A stretch of 64,000 bases of DNA, from positions 32,001 through 96,000 of the forward strand of contig CBDESZ010000018.1 of the NCBI GenBank assembly GCA_965242725.1. Reading direction: 5' to 3'. Below, one piece after another: positions 16,842 through 26,886 of the stretch (its first letter is position 1; each line of letters opens with the position of its first letter). The notes under the pieces are model-generated. The model was not told where the DNA came from and ran no database searches. It was given only the letters and a program-made list of their open reading frames with translations. The position numbers and the translations under genes are program-made. Source of the stretch: Alkalispirochaeta sp. GTDB taxonomy: Bacteria > Spirochaetota > Spirochaetia > DSM-27196 > Alkalispirochaetaceae.

Positions 16842-18393
16842 TGCTGCTCAACGTGAGCTCAAGATTGAGTAGACTTTGTATCATGGAGCCGAGAGGTTGC
16901 CAATGTTCGCCGACGATATCCAGAAGCTCGTGGGGGGGATAGTCACCCGCAAAGGTCCGCTTTTGAAAGTTCTGGATCTCATAGGCGACTTCCGCTCCCG
17001 ATATCGTCCGGGCAATGAGTGTGCCCGCCGTGGTCAGCGCATCGATACATTCATCCACTGCCATGCGTATTTTGGGTCTGTGACGCTCATATACGGTGGA
17101 CAGCTGGCGATGAAGGATGGATGACGGGCCCGACCGGTGCTGCAGGCGTTGGATTTCTTCACCCATGGTTCCCCGGTTTTCTCCGTCTCCGAGAAGCGTC
17201 GTCAGCCGTTCCAACGCCTGGTCGAGCTGGAGCGCCATTTGATGCAGCGTGTTCCGCGTATCGAGATGGTAAAAGGTTGCGTCTATGACAAGCTGGGTAA
17301 TCACCCTGCGGGTATCCTGAAAGATATCGCTCCCCGCCAGGAGGATGAGAATTCCCAGCGTCTTGGGCTGCAGACTGGACGGAATCCACACCGGCGGTTC
17401 ATGTTCCACAATAAATACCGAACGAATGAGAGAAAGCAGCCGTCCGTGACGATGCTCGAGGAGCTCGCCGTCGCACCGGTCGAGGGCGTTCCTCACCCAT
17501 GTCTCGGAGAATGGCGTCCACCAGTTGGTTTTCAGGATGAACTCGGGCACCTCGAGAAAGGGCTCTCCCTTTGCGTAGCGTATGATCGACAGAAGGGGAA
17601 TCTGGGTGCGCACAGTCTCGACGGCGGACCAGACGGCCCGGGGTGAGCGATGCTTTCCCCGCAGCCGCCCTCGCGCGAAGGCGAGGGCGAGCTCCACTGC
17701 CGACGGATTCGCATGACGATGACAGAGTTCCAGCGCCTGATGAAGGGTCACCAGTGATGTTGAGACGGCGCGCAGCGGCGTTTCCTGTCGTTTTGAACCC
17801 GTGACGGGGAACAGAAGCTTCAAGTCGACGCGGCAGAGCACATTGAGACTGCGCAGGGCGAGCCAGACGGGGTGCAATACCGACTCAATGCGCCGGCGGT
17901 TTTCCGCGAGGACCCCTTCCATACGCGCCTGGGCGGAATGACGTACCGCTTCAAGGGACAGGGAGAAATCCTTCAATTCCTCGCCGGTGAGGTGAATTTC
18001 GCTTTGCAGGCGATTGTGCATGATCGTATCGCGATCCGCCAGGACAACCCTGAGAAATGATCCCCGGGCCGCCCCTGTGGCTTCGTCCAGGGACGGGCGC
18101 ACCGCGTCGCGTTCTTCCAGCAGCTGACGAAGGGCCTGGTGAAAGCGGGGAAGCAACGCGGGAATGTTCGGGTCGATGATCTCTTTGGACTCTCGCGAGA
18201 GGGTGCGTTTGAGCTCATGGATATGGTGGCGCCTGGTTGTGTCTTCAACCGTCGAGGCCGAAAAAAGGGCCTGAAGGCGTATGTACCAGCGGTACCAGAA
18301 CGGAAATTTCCGATACGCATCACGGTACACCCCGGGCGGGGGCGGAACGGCGTCGGGAAAGGCTGTGGTATACCGGTCTGTGCGTCGGATCAT
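16813..18393 (-). CDS. Hypothetical helical protein, DUF5312-like
   Basis: Long ORF with a layout resembling the 61586-63319 protein. Confidence 0.55.
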   Translation of the reverse strand: MIRRTDRYTTAFPDAVPPPPGVYRDAYRKFPFWYRWYIRLQALFSASTVEDTTRRHHIHELKRTLSRESKEIIDPNIPALLPRFHQALRQLLEERDAVRPSLDEATGAARGSFLRVVLADRDTIMHNRLQSEIHLTGEELKDFSLSLEAVRHSAQARMEGVLAENRRRIESVLHPVWLALRSLNVLCRVDLKLLFPVTGSKRQETPLRAVSTSLVTLHQALELCHRHANPSAVELALAFARGRLRGKHRSPRAVWSAVETVRTQIPLLSIIRYAKGEPFLEVPEFILKTNWWTPFSETWVRNALDRCDGELLEHRHGRLLSLIRSVFIVEHEPPVWIPSSLQPKTLGILILLAGSDIFQDTRRVITQLVIDATFYHLDTRNTLHQMALQLDQALERLTTLLGDGENRGTMGEEIQRLQHRSGPSSILHRQLSTVYERHRPKIRMAVDECIDALTTAGTLIARTISGAEVAYEIQNFQKRTFAGDYPPHELLDIVGEHWQPLGSMIQSLLNLELTLSSNGGRRRDRP

Positions 18394-18887
18394 CAGATCT
18401 CTTGGTGCTCAAAGGTCCGTGATGTGGTATCAAAAAGTCCCCATGAGGGTTCTCCGAATCGACCCATCACCTCTCCGGGATTTGCCCAGAGGCAGGCGCC
18501 GTGCGTTTGTATGTACTTTTTGTGGTCGTGACCGCTGAAGACGGCGTCATAGAGACCGGACCGGGCGAGCCCCCTGGATATGTCGGGGTAATGATTGAGG
18601 GCGATTTTCAGACCGTCCACATCCAGCTCGGCCAGGTGGCCGTGGAGAGTGACGTGGTCGTACTTGCCGGCAATGTATGAGAGTAAAAAGGGATCGCCGT
18701 CGTTGTTGCCGAACACCGCGTCGACGGGACCGCGAAAGGTATCTCCGATCTGGGCCAGCGTAAAGGGCGCACAGAAGTCGCCAAGGAAGAAGAGCCGTTC
18801 CGCCTTGTGCGTGTCAACGACGGATTGCAACGCCCGCTCCAGATTCCATATGTTGTCGTGAATATCACTCAGTACCGCTATCTTCAT
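18393..18887 (-). CDS. YfcE-like metallophosphoesterase
   Basis: SDIHDN, GD, GNND, GHDH, NPGE; GGAG RBS. Confidence 0.88.
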   Translation of the reverse strand: MKIAVLSDIHDNIWNLERALQSVVDTHKAERLFFLGDFCAPFTLAQIGDTFRGPVDAVFGNNDGDPFLLSYIAGKYDHVTLHGHLAELDVDGLKIALNHYPDISRGLARSGLYDAVFSGHDHKKYIQTHGACLWANPGEVMGRFGEPSWGLFDTTSRTFEHQEI

Positions 18888-18912
18888 ACCTGCTCCTTGT
18901 GTAAAATCGGCT

Positions 18913-20233
18913 GTGGCACAGCAGATTCTTGAAATTCGAGTCTCCCATAAAGGCATCAAGCCCGTTCGCAACGGTCATCCCTGGATATTCAAAAACGCTC
19001 TCGCAGGTTCTCCGCGAGCCGCCCGGGTATCTCCGTCTCTGGAACGGAGCTTTTTTGGGCCTAATGGTCTCTCCTGGAATCTTACCACTCCGGCGCTGAT
19101 TTGTGACCAGGCGGGGGAACAATTGGGCTGGGGCACCTACAATCCCCACTCCCGTCTGGCGGGACGGATTCTGTCACGGGACCCGTCAAAGCCGTATCTG
19201 GCCGACGATCTTGGTGCTGCCGTTCGGGCGGGCGGTGGATGAACGACACCATTTGTTCCGCAATCCCGCCCACACCGCGTTTCGGCTCATCTACGGGGAA
19301 GCCGACGGCATACCCGGTGTTGTTGCCGATCTTTTCGATGATGTGGTCAGCCTTCAGTACTCCGCCGCATTTGCGTGGGATAACGCCGGAATGATCGAAA
19401 CGGCCCTCATCGATGCGGTGGGGAGCCGCGGAATCACGGCGCGTCCGGTTCGTTCCGTCGATGATGTCATGTTTCAGCGGGAAGGAATCCGGAAGGTCGA
19501 CGAGAACGGCGCCGAAGAACACTTCGGGGACGGCGAGGCAGCGGAAGGGCGCACCGTTCTGGAACACGGTCTCCCGTGGTTCGTCTTTCCAGGGGGCGGA
19601 CAGAAAACGGGGTTCTATTGCGACCAGCGGGAAAACCGGCCGCGTCTCTATCCGTATGCCCGCAACGCCCGCGTACTCGATGCCTTCTGTTATCACGGCG
19701 GTTTCGGTCTCCACACCCTGCACGGCGGAGCGAGGTCGGTCTGTTTTGCCGACCGGTCAACGGACGCGATGAATATCGTCCGACAAAATGCCGCCCTTCA
19801 GAAGATCGACGCTGAGCGGTTTGAGTGCGTGGACGGCGACCTCTTTGAGCGTTTCCGGCGGAATGATGTTCCCGGCGGGCTTGAGTCCTACGATCTGATC
19901 GTCCTTGATCCGCCGAAACTCGTTCCGGCCCGGAAGAACCTCACCGAGGGGTTGCGCGCGTACAAGGACCTCCATCTCTCGGTGTTCCGCCACGCCAAAC
20001 GGGGAGCGCGGGTCATGACCTTTTCCTGTTCAGGTGCGGTCGGACTGGATGACTTCCGGCGCACAATCGCATGGGCGGCGTCGGACTGCGGGCGCGCCGT
20101 CGTCGTGGAAGATGTCCTGACCCAGGGAGCGGACCATCCCGTTCCGCTCGCTTTTCCGGAAGCGGAGTACCTGAAGGGGTTGCTCCTCTATATCCGAAAC
20201 GATCGTCAATATGGTACCATCCGGCGGCAATGA
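18913..20233 (+). pseudogene. rlmI: 23S rRNA m5C1962 methyltransferase RlmI-like, split by a +1 frameshift near 19225-19235 (may be a sequencing error)
   Basis: PUA N-terminus GHPWIF in one frame; GEADGIPG, QKTGFYCDQREN, LDPPK, DHP...PEAEYLKG in the +1 frame. Confidence 0.8.
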
Positions 20234-21885
20234 AGGTTTCGAAAATCACCGCCGCCGTGACGGCGTCTTTCATATTGGCTCTCTTCGCCCCATTCGGTGA
20301 ACATCTGCTCTCCGCAACGGAGATACAGTCCGTGCGAGTGGAACCGACGGCACTGCTCCTTGAGGATGACTCGGCAGGGAGAATGGTGGAGCGGGAATCC
20401 CTCCGTGAGGCGACGGGACCAAATACCTATCTTACCAGCGCCGCCGTCGACGGTCGTTCCGGTGCGGGGACTCCCCGGAGAATAATCGTTTCAACGACCT
20501 TTCACGGTCTCTATGAGTCTACCGATGGAGGGGTGACGTGGATCGATCTCGGGGACCGGGGGGAAATAGAGGTCCTTCATCTGGGAAACGGCTTTTACGA
20601 GGACATTTCGGCCGTGGCGTATGACAGCGCCGATGAACACATTCTCTGGATAGAATTTGCCCAGGATGGTCGGGTTGTAGCCCTTGACCGCCGGACGGGG
20701 CGTATCATTGAGCAGGCCGGCGGAACCGGCAGCCGCGCGTTTTCCCGTACCGTCCGTGTTGCACCGCCGGACCATCCCCCTCTGGACGAAGCGGCCCGTC
20801 AGCGGCGAAAAAAGGCAGAGAATCACGTTTCCTTTTACCTCTCTCCGTGGCAGCTCAATGAAGAACGGCTGGCGGAGCACATGCGCTTTGCCGGCGACCA
20901 CGGGTTTACGGCGGTGGTCATCGATTTCAAGGACGACGGCGGACGTCTTGTCTACGATTCCCGGTTATCCCCGCACGACGAAGTCGGAGCGGTGACCGGC
21001 CGTGTATCCGCCCGGCGAATTATCGATACCGTCCACGATGCGGGGCTCTACCTCATTGCCCGGGTCGTCGTTTTCAAGGACGAGCGGCTCTATCGCTATG
21101 ACGACAATCGGTATGCCCTGTGGGACCGGCGCCGAAACGCACCGTGGGGCGTCTTTCGGGAAGAGATCAATGAGGAAACGGAAGAAAGCGAATGGGTTCA
21201 GTCGGAGTTCTGGGTCGATCCCTTTTCGGAATTTGTATGGAATTACAACATTGCCGTTGCCCGGGAACTTGAGCAACTGGGAGTCGACGAAATCCAGTTT
21301 GACTATATCCGAACTCCCGCGGAAGGGCGGGTGGGAGATATAGAATATCGCTACCATGACGGCAGTCCCCTTGAGGACGACGATCCATTCCTTGACGAGC
21401 GGGTCAAAGCACTTTCCACGTTCCTTTCGCGGGCACGCCGGGAGCTGACCATCCCGATCGGAATCGACGTATTCGGTTTCAACGGCTGGTACCGCATGAG
21501 CTATCTGGGGCAGGATATTGCCGTTCTTTCCGGTCACGTTGATGTCATATCACCGATGCTCTATCCGTCCCACTTCCCGCGGTCCTTCCGGGGTGATCTT
21601 CCCTATCTTGAGTGGGCGGAATGGATCTACCGGGAGGGTACCGCCCGGGGCGTGCGCATCACCGATGAACACGTGTTGATTCGACCGTATATTCAGGCCT
21701 TTCTCATCGGTGGAGAACTTCAGTTCGAACTTCCCACGTATACGGACTATCTGAAACGTCAGATACGGGGTTCAATCGAGGGTGGCGGGAGTGGTATCAC
21801 CCTTTGGAATAACTCGGGACGCTATTATATGGTTGAACGGGGGCTCTGGTATGACCGGGGGCCTGTGATCGGCGACGGCGAATAG
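20230..21885 (+). CDS. Exported putative glycoside hydrolase (DUF4015-like)
   Basis: Signal peptide; VVIDFKDDGG, YLIARVVVFKD, DEIQFDYIR, SPMLYPSH. Confidence 0.8.
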   Translation: MKVSKITAAVTASFILALFAPFGEHLLSATEIQSVRVEPTALLLEDDSAGRMVERESLREATGPNTYLTSAAVDGRSGAGTPRRIIVSTTFHGLYESTDGGVTWIDLGDRGEIEVLHLGNGFYEDISAVAYDSADEHILWIEFAQDGRVVALDRRTGRIIEQAGGTGSRAFSRTVRVAPPDHPPLDEAARQRRKKAENHVSFYLSPWQLNEERLAEHMRFAGDHGFTAVVIDFKDDGGRLVYDSRLSPHDEVGAVTGRVSARRIIDTVHDAGLYLIARVVVFKDERLYRYDDNRYALWDRRRNAPWGVFREEINEETEESEWVQSEFWVDPFSEFVWNYNIAVARELEQLGVDEIQFDYIRTPAEGRVGDIEYRYHDGSPLEDDDPFLDERVKALSTFLSRARRELTIPIGIDVFGFNGWYRMSYLGQDIAVLSGHVDVISPMLYPSHFPRSFRGDLPYLEWAEWIYREGTARGVRITDEHVLIRPYIQAFLIGGELQFELPTYTDYLKRQIRGSIEGGGSGITLWNNSGRYYMVERGLWYDRGPVIGDGE

Positions 21886-21897
21886 ACAATTGCGCCA

Positions 21898-23265
21898 ATG
21901 ACAAAAGAGTCTCCCTCATTGACATTACCGGTTCTCTTTCTGTTCTGGGTCCCTCTCGCGCTTATGTGGATCATCATGGGCGTGGAGCAGCCCGCTCTGA
22001 ACGGCGTCATGGCGCGCCTGCCCGCACCGACTCTGTCGCTTGCGTCATTTGAGATTGCCTTCGGAATCGCTCTGATCATTGAAAGTCCGATCATTCAAAT
22101 GCTTTCCACCGGCACCGCTGTCGTGAGAGGCCCCAGAAGCTACCGTCAGATGATTCGCTTTATGCATCTTCTGGCGATTATCCTGACCGTCGTTCACTTT
22201 GTAATATCCCGCCCCGTGGTTTTTACATTCGTTGCCGGACGAATACTTGGTGTTCCGGAAAACGTGATAGCCCCGGCGCGACACGTATTTACCATACTCC
22301 TTCCCTTTGCAGCGCTTGTTGGATATCGAAGATTGTGGCAGGGGAGCCTCATCCAACTTGGAGAAACGGGTGCCGTCGCGCGAACGATGATAGCCCGGCT
22401 GGTAATGACCCTTCTGGGTCTTGCGGGAGGAATGGCTCTCGTCAGGGGCGGCTTCATTGATACGCCCGGATACGTCGTGGGCGCGTGGTCGCTGATGGGA
22501 GGGATTCTCGGAGGAGCGGCGGCGTCGCTCTGGCTGTATCGGAAGAAAAGGGGCTTTTCCCGGCGTATCTACAAGCGTGTTGCCGGTGACGCTCCACCAA
22601 ACGGTGACGGCGCCGATGTGGTGCGTTCTCCGGGAGATCTCCTGAAATTCTACATACCTCTCTCGCTGACTTCGGTCATGGAGCTGGCGTCCCGTCCGAT
22701 CCTCGCCTACGGGATAGCCCGTTCCGTCAGGGCCGTTGACTCTCTGGCAACGTGGCCGGTTATACACAGTCTCGTCTTCCTGTTTACATCCATTGCGTTG
22801 TCATTTCAGGAGGCGGTAGTCGCCCAGGCGGGAAAGGATCCCGCCAACATCCCCGTGTTGCGTCGGTTTGGATTTCTCATTATGGCAACCCTTACGGGTA
22901 TTCTCTTTCTCCTGAGGGTGACCGGCGGTTCCCGGATCTGGTTTCAGACGGTTGCAAGCATCCCGCCGGAACTGATCGCCCTGGCGCAACCGGCGCTGTT
23001 TATCCTTCTTGCAATTCCCATTGCGGTGACGGGACGCTCGCTGCTGAGTGGTATGCTTGTCGCACGGGAAAAGACCGGTTTTCTGACCATCGCGGTGCTT
23101 GCCAATACGGCGACGCTCCTGACCCTTGTTCACGTCCTCCCGCGGTTTACCGATCTCATCGGGACGGTGGTAGCCGCAATCGCTTTTTCAACGGCCAACG
23201 TCGTGCAGGTTTCCGTCCTGTGGGCGGGCAATGCAGTCAGCAAACGTCGCGGCAACGGACGCTAA
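21898..23265 (+). CDS. MATE/ANKH-like multi-pass transporter
   Basis: About 12 TMs in two repeats (FWVPLAL / FYIPLSL). Confidence 0.7.
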   Translation: MTKESPSLTLPVLFLFWVPLALMWIIMGVEQPALNGVMARLPAPTLSLASFEIAFGIALIIESPIIQMLSTGTAVVRGPRSYRQMIRFMHLLAIILTVVHFVISRPVVFTFVAGRILGVPENVIAPARHVFTILLPFAALVGYRRLWQGSLIQLGETGAVARTMIARLVMTLLGLAGGMALVRGGFIDTPGYVVGAWSLMGGILGGAAASLWLYRKKRGFSRRIYKRVAGDAPPNGDGADVVRSPGDLLKFYIPLSLTSVMELASRPILAYGIARSVRAVDSLATWPVIHSLVFLFTSIALSFQEAVVAQAGKDPANIPVLRRFGFLIMATLTGILFLLRVTGGSRIWFQTVASIPPELIALAQPALFILLAIPIAVTGRSLLSGMLVAREKTGFLTIAVLANTATLLTLVHVLPRFTDLIGTVVAAIAFSTANVVQVSVLWAGNAVSKRRGNGR

Positions 23266-23308
23266 CATTTGAGGCGTGCGCGGCGCGGCGTGGTGCGACC
23301 TCGGGATA

Positions 23309-23890
23309 TCACGCCAGCAGCCGTTTTTTGAAACGGACCACCATGTGCACCACCGACGGTCCGTCGGCGATATTCTCGATATCGTGGTCAACGTCACACT
23401 GATAGCGAATAAAATCACCTTCTCCCAGTTCCGCGTCCCTGTCACCCGCCCGAACGCGGACGTTCCCTGAAATGACCGTGAGGAACTCCTCGGTCTGGGG
23501 GAAATGGGGTGCCGACCGAAGGGCTCCACCGCTGCTGAAGGTGAGGAGGTACATTTCCAGGTCCTCCACCATCTGCATGGGGGTGAGCACCTTAATGTGC
23601 AGTCCCTCTTCATCGGTGTCGAGAACGGTGATATTGTCCTTCCGGACGAGATGAAACTTCCTCACCGGCGCGTCGCTTCCCGCAAGGAGGGCGTTGATCT
23701 CGACTCCAAGGCCCTGGGCGATCTTCCAAACCGTCGCCACCGTCGGATTGACCTTCTGCGATTCTATCTGTGAAAGCATTGCCTTGGAGACGCCGCTTCT
23801 CTCTGCCAGAACATCGAGGGTAAGAGTCGCGTTCTTTCTGATTTCCTTCATGTTCCGTCCCACCGGCGGCGGGGTGTGTTCACGATCCAT
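23309..23890 (-). CDS. XRE-family HTH plus cupin transcriptional regulator
   Basis: LAERSGVSKAMLSQIE..KVNPTVATVWKIA; cupin H...TEE...H. Confidence 0.9.
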   Translation of the reverse strand: MDREHTPPPVGRNMKEIRKNATLTLDVLAERSGVSKAMLSQIESQKVNPTVATVWKIAQGLGVEINALLAGSDAPVRKFHLVRKDNITVLDTDEEGLHIKVLTPMQMVEDLEMYLLTFSSGGALRSAPHFPQTEEFLTVISGNVRVRAGDRDAELGEGDFIRYQCDVDHDIENIADGPSVVHMVVRFKKRLLA

Positions 23891-23906
23891 AGTGTTTTCC
23901 TTCATG

Positions 23907-23943
23907 TTACAGTATACCAAATAAAAAGTTTATTATAATGTAC
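23907..23943. promoter_or_regulatory. Tandem imperfect palindromes between the regulator and tdh (putative operator)
   Basis: GTTTATTATAATGTAC 23928-23943 and the related TTACAGTATACCAAAT 23907-23922, 21-bp period; overlaps TATAAT. Confidence 0.45.
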
Positions 23944-23961
23944 ACCGGGAAGGACGGATAG

Positions 23962-24951
23962 ATGAAACGAGTACTGATTACCGGAGCCCTCGGGCAGCTT
24001 GGCAGCGAAATAGCGGCCTATCTCCGTACCCACGACGGTGTTCAGGAAGTAGTATGTACCGATATACGTGATTTCGCGAAGGGTAGCGAAGCTGAAGGAG
24101 GACCGTTTTATCGTCACGACGTACGGGACGGTGAAGAGCTTGCGGCTATCGTGAAACGTCACCGCATCGATACGATCTATCATCTTGCCGCACTGCTTTC
24201 GGCTACGGCGGAACGGAAACCGCTTGAGGCGTGGGATCTGAACATGAATGGTACCGTAACCGTTCTTGAAGTCGCCCGTGCGGAGGGATGCGCCGTATTC
24301 ACCCCCAGTTCCATCGGTTCCTTCGGTCCCACCACACCGCGGGACTGGACGCCACAGGACACCCTGCAACGACCAACTTCTATGTACGGTGTCACCAAGG
24401 TGGCCGGCGAGCTGCTCTGTGACTATTACTTCCACAAGTACGGGCTGGACACCCGGGGTCTGCGTTATCCCGGGCTCATATCCAATAAGACGCTCCCCGG
24501 CGGAGGAACGACGGACTATGCCGTCGACATCTATTACGCCGCCGTTCTCCACGGCCGCTACCGCTGTCCCCTGAAGGGGAATACCTATCTCGATATGATG
24601 TACATGCCCGACGCCGTACGGGCGGCGGTGGAGGTGATGGAAGCCGATCCGGAGAGACTTCGCCATCGGAATGCATTCAACGTGACGGCGATGAGTTTCT
24701 GTCCTGAAGAGATGGCGGCGTGGATCCGTCGCTTCATTCCGATTTTTGAATTAGAGTTTGACATAGATCCCATACGGCAGGGAATTGCCGATTCATGGCC
24801 GAACCGGATGGAAGACTACGCCGCACGAGTCGAGTGGGGATGGTCTCCGCAGTACGATCTGGAACGGACAACACGGGACATGCTGTCGGTGTTATCGGCG
24901 CGACTGGAGGATGCACAATATGTATGGAGCGATTCGTCAACATCTGACTGA
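23962..24951 (+). CDS. tdh: L-threonine 3-dehydrogenase (SDR/epimerase type)
   Basis: GALGQLG, HLAALLSA, PSSIGSFG, YGVTK, PGGGTTDYAV, MMYMPD; adjacent to kbl. Confidence 0.9.
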   Translation: MKRVLITGALGQLGSEIAAYLRTHDGVQEVVCTDIRDFAKGSEAEGGPFYRHDVRDGEELAAIVKRHRIDTIYHLAALLSATAERKPLEAWDLNMNGTVTVLEVARAEGCAVFTPSSIGSFGPTTPRDWTPQDTLQRPTSMYGVTKVAGELLCDYYFHKYGLDTRGLRYPGLISNKTLPGGGTTDYAVDIYYAAVLHGRYRCPLKGNTYLDMMYMPDAVRAAVEVMEADPERLRHRNAFNVTAMSFCPEEMAAWIRRFIPIFELEFDIDPIRQGIADSWPNRMEDYAARVEWGWSPQYDLERTTRDMLSVLSARLEDAQYVWSDSSTSD

Positions 24952-26149
24952 ACAGCTGGAAGAGCTGAAACGACAGGGGCTCTACAAAGAGGAGCGCATT
25001 ATCACATCGCCCCAGGGTGCGGAGATCACCGTCGCCCCCGAGGAAGGGACGGCCGGAAAGGCGACCCGCGGATTGCGGCGGGTCATCAACTTCTGTGCAA
25101 ACAACTATCTCGGACTCGCCGGTGACCCGCAGATGACCGCCGCCGCAGCCGCAGCGATGGAGGAGCGCGGCTTTGGATACGCCTCGGTACGCTTCATTTG
25201 CGGAACCGCCGACATACACCGCCGCCTGGAACGTGGGCTGGCCGATTTTCTCGGCACCGACGACACGATTCTCTACGCCGCAGCCTTTGACGCGAACGGG
25301 GGCGTCTTTGAACCACTCCTCGGTCAAGAAGACGCAATCATTTCGGACGAGTTGAACCATGCCTCGATCATCGACGGTGTTCGACTGTGCAAGGCACATC
25401 GCTACCGGTATCGCCACGCCGACGGTGAAGATCTCCGGAGACAGCTGGAAACGGCACGGAATGAGGGGGCCCGCCATTGCATGATAGCGACGGACGGCGT
25501 CTTTTCAATGGACGGCGATATTGCACCTCTCCCGGAGATCGTGCGCGCGGCGGAGGATTTTGAAGCACTGGTGATGGTTGACGACTGTCATGCAACAGGG
25601 TATCTCGGTCCAACAGGCGCCGGTACCGCCGACTACTGGGGTCTCCGTGATGCGGTGGACATTGTCACCGGCACACTCGGGAAGGCACTGGGCGGCGCAT
25701 CCGGAGGCTTTGTCAGCGGCCGCAGGGAAATCATTGAGATGCTCCGGCAACGATCCAGACCGTATCTCTTCTCCAATACCCTTGCACCGGGAATAGCCGG
25801 TGCCGCCCTGCGGGGACTTGAGATCGTACGGACCGAGGATGAGCGGCGAAGACGGCCTCTGCTGCTGGCCGACCGGCTGCGGAAGGAGCTGCGGGGGCTC
25901 GGATTCGACCTGCTTCCGTCGGAGACGGCGATTATCGCCGTCATGATTTACGACGAGCCGACCGCCCTGGAGATGGCCTCGCGACTCCTTGAGAAGGGAA
26001 TATATGTCATCGGATTTGCCTTTCCCGTTGTACCCAGGGGGAAGGCACGTATTCGCCTGCAGCTTTCGGCGGCTCACCTCGACGACCATATTGATACGGC
26101 AGTGGAGGCGTTTCGTTCGGTCGGCAGGGAGATGGGGATTATTGGGTAA
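24920..26149 (+). CDS. kbl: Glycine C-acetyltransferase (2-amino-3-ketobutyrate CoA ligase)
   Basis: NFCANNYLGL, SVRFICGT, DELNHASIIDG, GTLGKALGGASGG, RQRSRPYLFSN. Confidence 0.93.
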   Translation: MYGAIRQHLTEQLEELKRQGLYKEERIITSPQGAEITVAPEEGTAGKATRGLRRVINFCANNYLGLAGDPQMTAAAAAAMEERGFGYASVRFICGTADIHRRLERGLADFLGTDDTILYAAAFDANGGVFEPLLGQEDAIISDELNHASIIDGVRLCKAHRYRYRHADGEDLRRQLETARNEGARHCMIATDGVFSMDGDIAPLPEIVRAAEDFEALVMVDDCHATGYLGPTGAGTADYWGLRDAVDIVTGTLGKALGGASGGFVSGRREIIEMLRQRSRPYLFSNTLAPGIAGAALRGLEIVRTEDERRRRPLLLADRLRKELRGLGFDLLPSETAIIAVMIYDEPTALEMASRLLEKGIYVIGFAFPVVPRGKARIRLQLSAAHLDDHIDTAVEAFRSVGREMGIIG

Positions 26150-26864
26150 CCGAAGATACGATCCCTATCGGCTCCTGTCGGAGGTATATGACGAAGGGTG
26201 GAGTTCGTACAGTGAGTATATATACCAGCTCATTCGCACGCTCGAGGAAGAGAGCGGGCGGGTATTCCAGAGAATCTGTGACGCCGCCTGCGGGACGGGG
26301 TTGCTCCTCCACTCCCTCTCATGCGATCCGTGGGAGCGGAGTCTCCGGGGATTCGATATCTCAAAGGGGATGCTGGACCGCGCCGTCCGGCGTCTGCCGT
26401 CGGCATACCTCGTTGAGGGAGACCTGCGAAGGGGTATACCCCTCGACGGCCCCTTTGATCTCATTACCTGTGTCTACGATTCGCTCAATTACCTGCTCCA
26501 CGGGCAGGAGATACTCCGGTTCTTTTCCGATGCCCTCGGGAAAACCGGCAGTGACGCGGTCCTGTTATTGGACGTGAATACAAGAGTATTGTACAACCGC
26601 AGAAACGGCGAAACGGCGCCGAGACTGATTGACGGCATTCCCTTCCGACAGCGACTCACCTACGACCCGGGCCCGCCGGAGCGGGGGTTTACGGAGTTCA
26701 CCTTTCCGGCGGGAGTGGAAACCCACGTTCAGCGACCATGGGAGACTGACGATATCGAGGACATGCTGGAACGGGCGGGCTGGACGGTCGCGGACACGCT
26801 GGACGTCATCGATGAGTCGGACAACCTTCCCAGCGGAAAGGTCGTCATCATCGCCGTTTCCTGA
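26142..26864 (+). CDS. Class I SAM-dependent methyltransferase
   Basis: DAACGTG, GFDISKGML, FDLITCVYDSLNYL; start uncertain (TTG). Confidence 0.8.
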   Translation: MGNRRYDPYRLLSEVYDEGWSSYSEYIYQLIRTLEEESGRVFQRICDAACGTGLLLHSLSCDPWERSLRGFDISKGMLDRAVRRLPSAYLVEGDLRRGIPLDGPFDLITCVYDSLNYLLHGQEILRFFSDALGKTGSDAVLLLDVNTRVLYNRRNGETAPRLIDGIPFRQRLTYDPGPPERGFTEFTFPAGVETHVQRPWETDDIEDMLERAGWTVADTLDVIDESDNLPSGKVVIIAVS

Positions 26865-26886
26865 GGCAATCTGTTATATTTCCCCC

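Noticed and set aside
19215..19245. Programmed ribosomal frameshift in rlmI
   Set aside because: No recognisable slippery heptamer or stimulatory element; a simple indel or sequencing error is more likely
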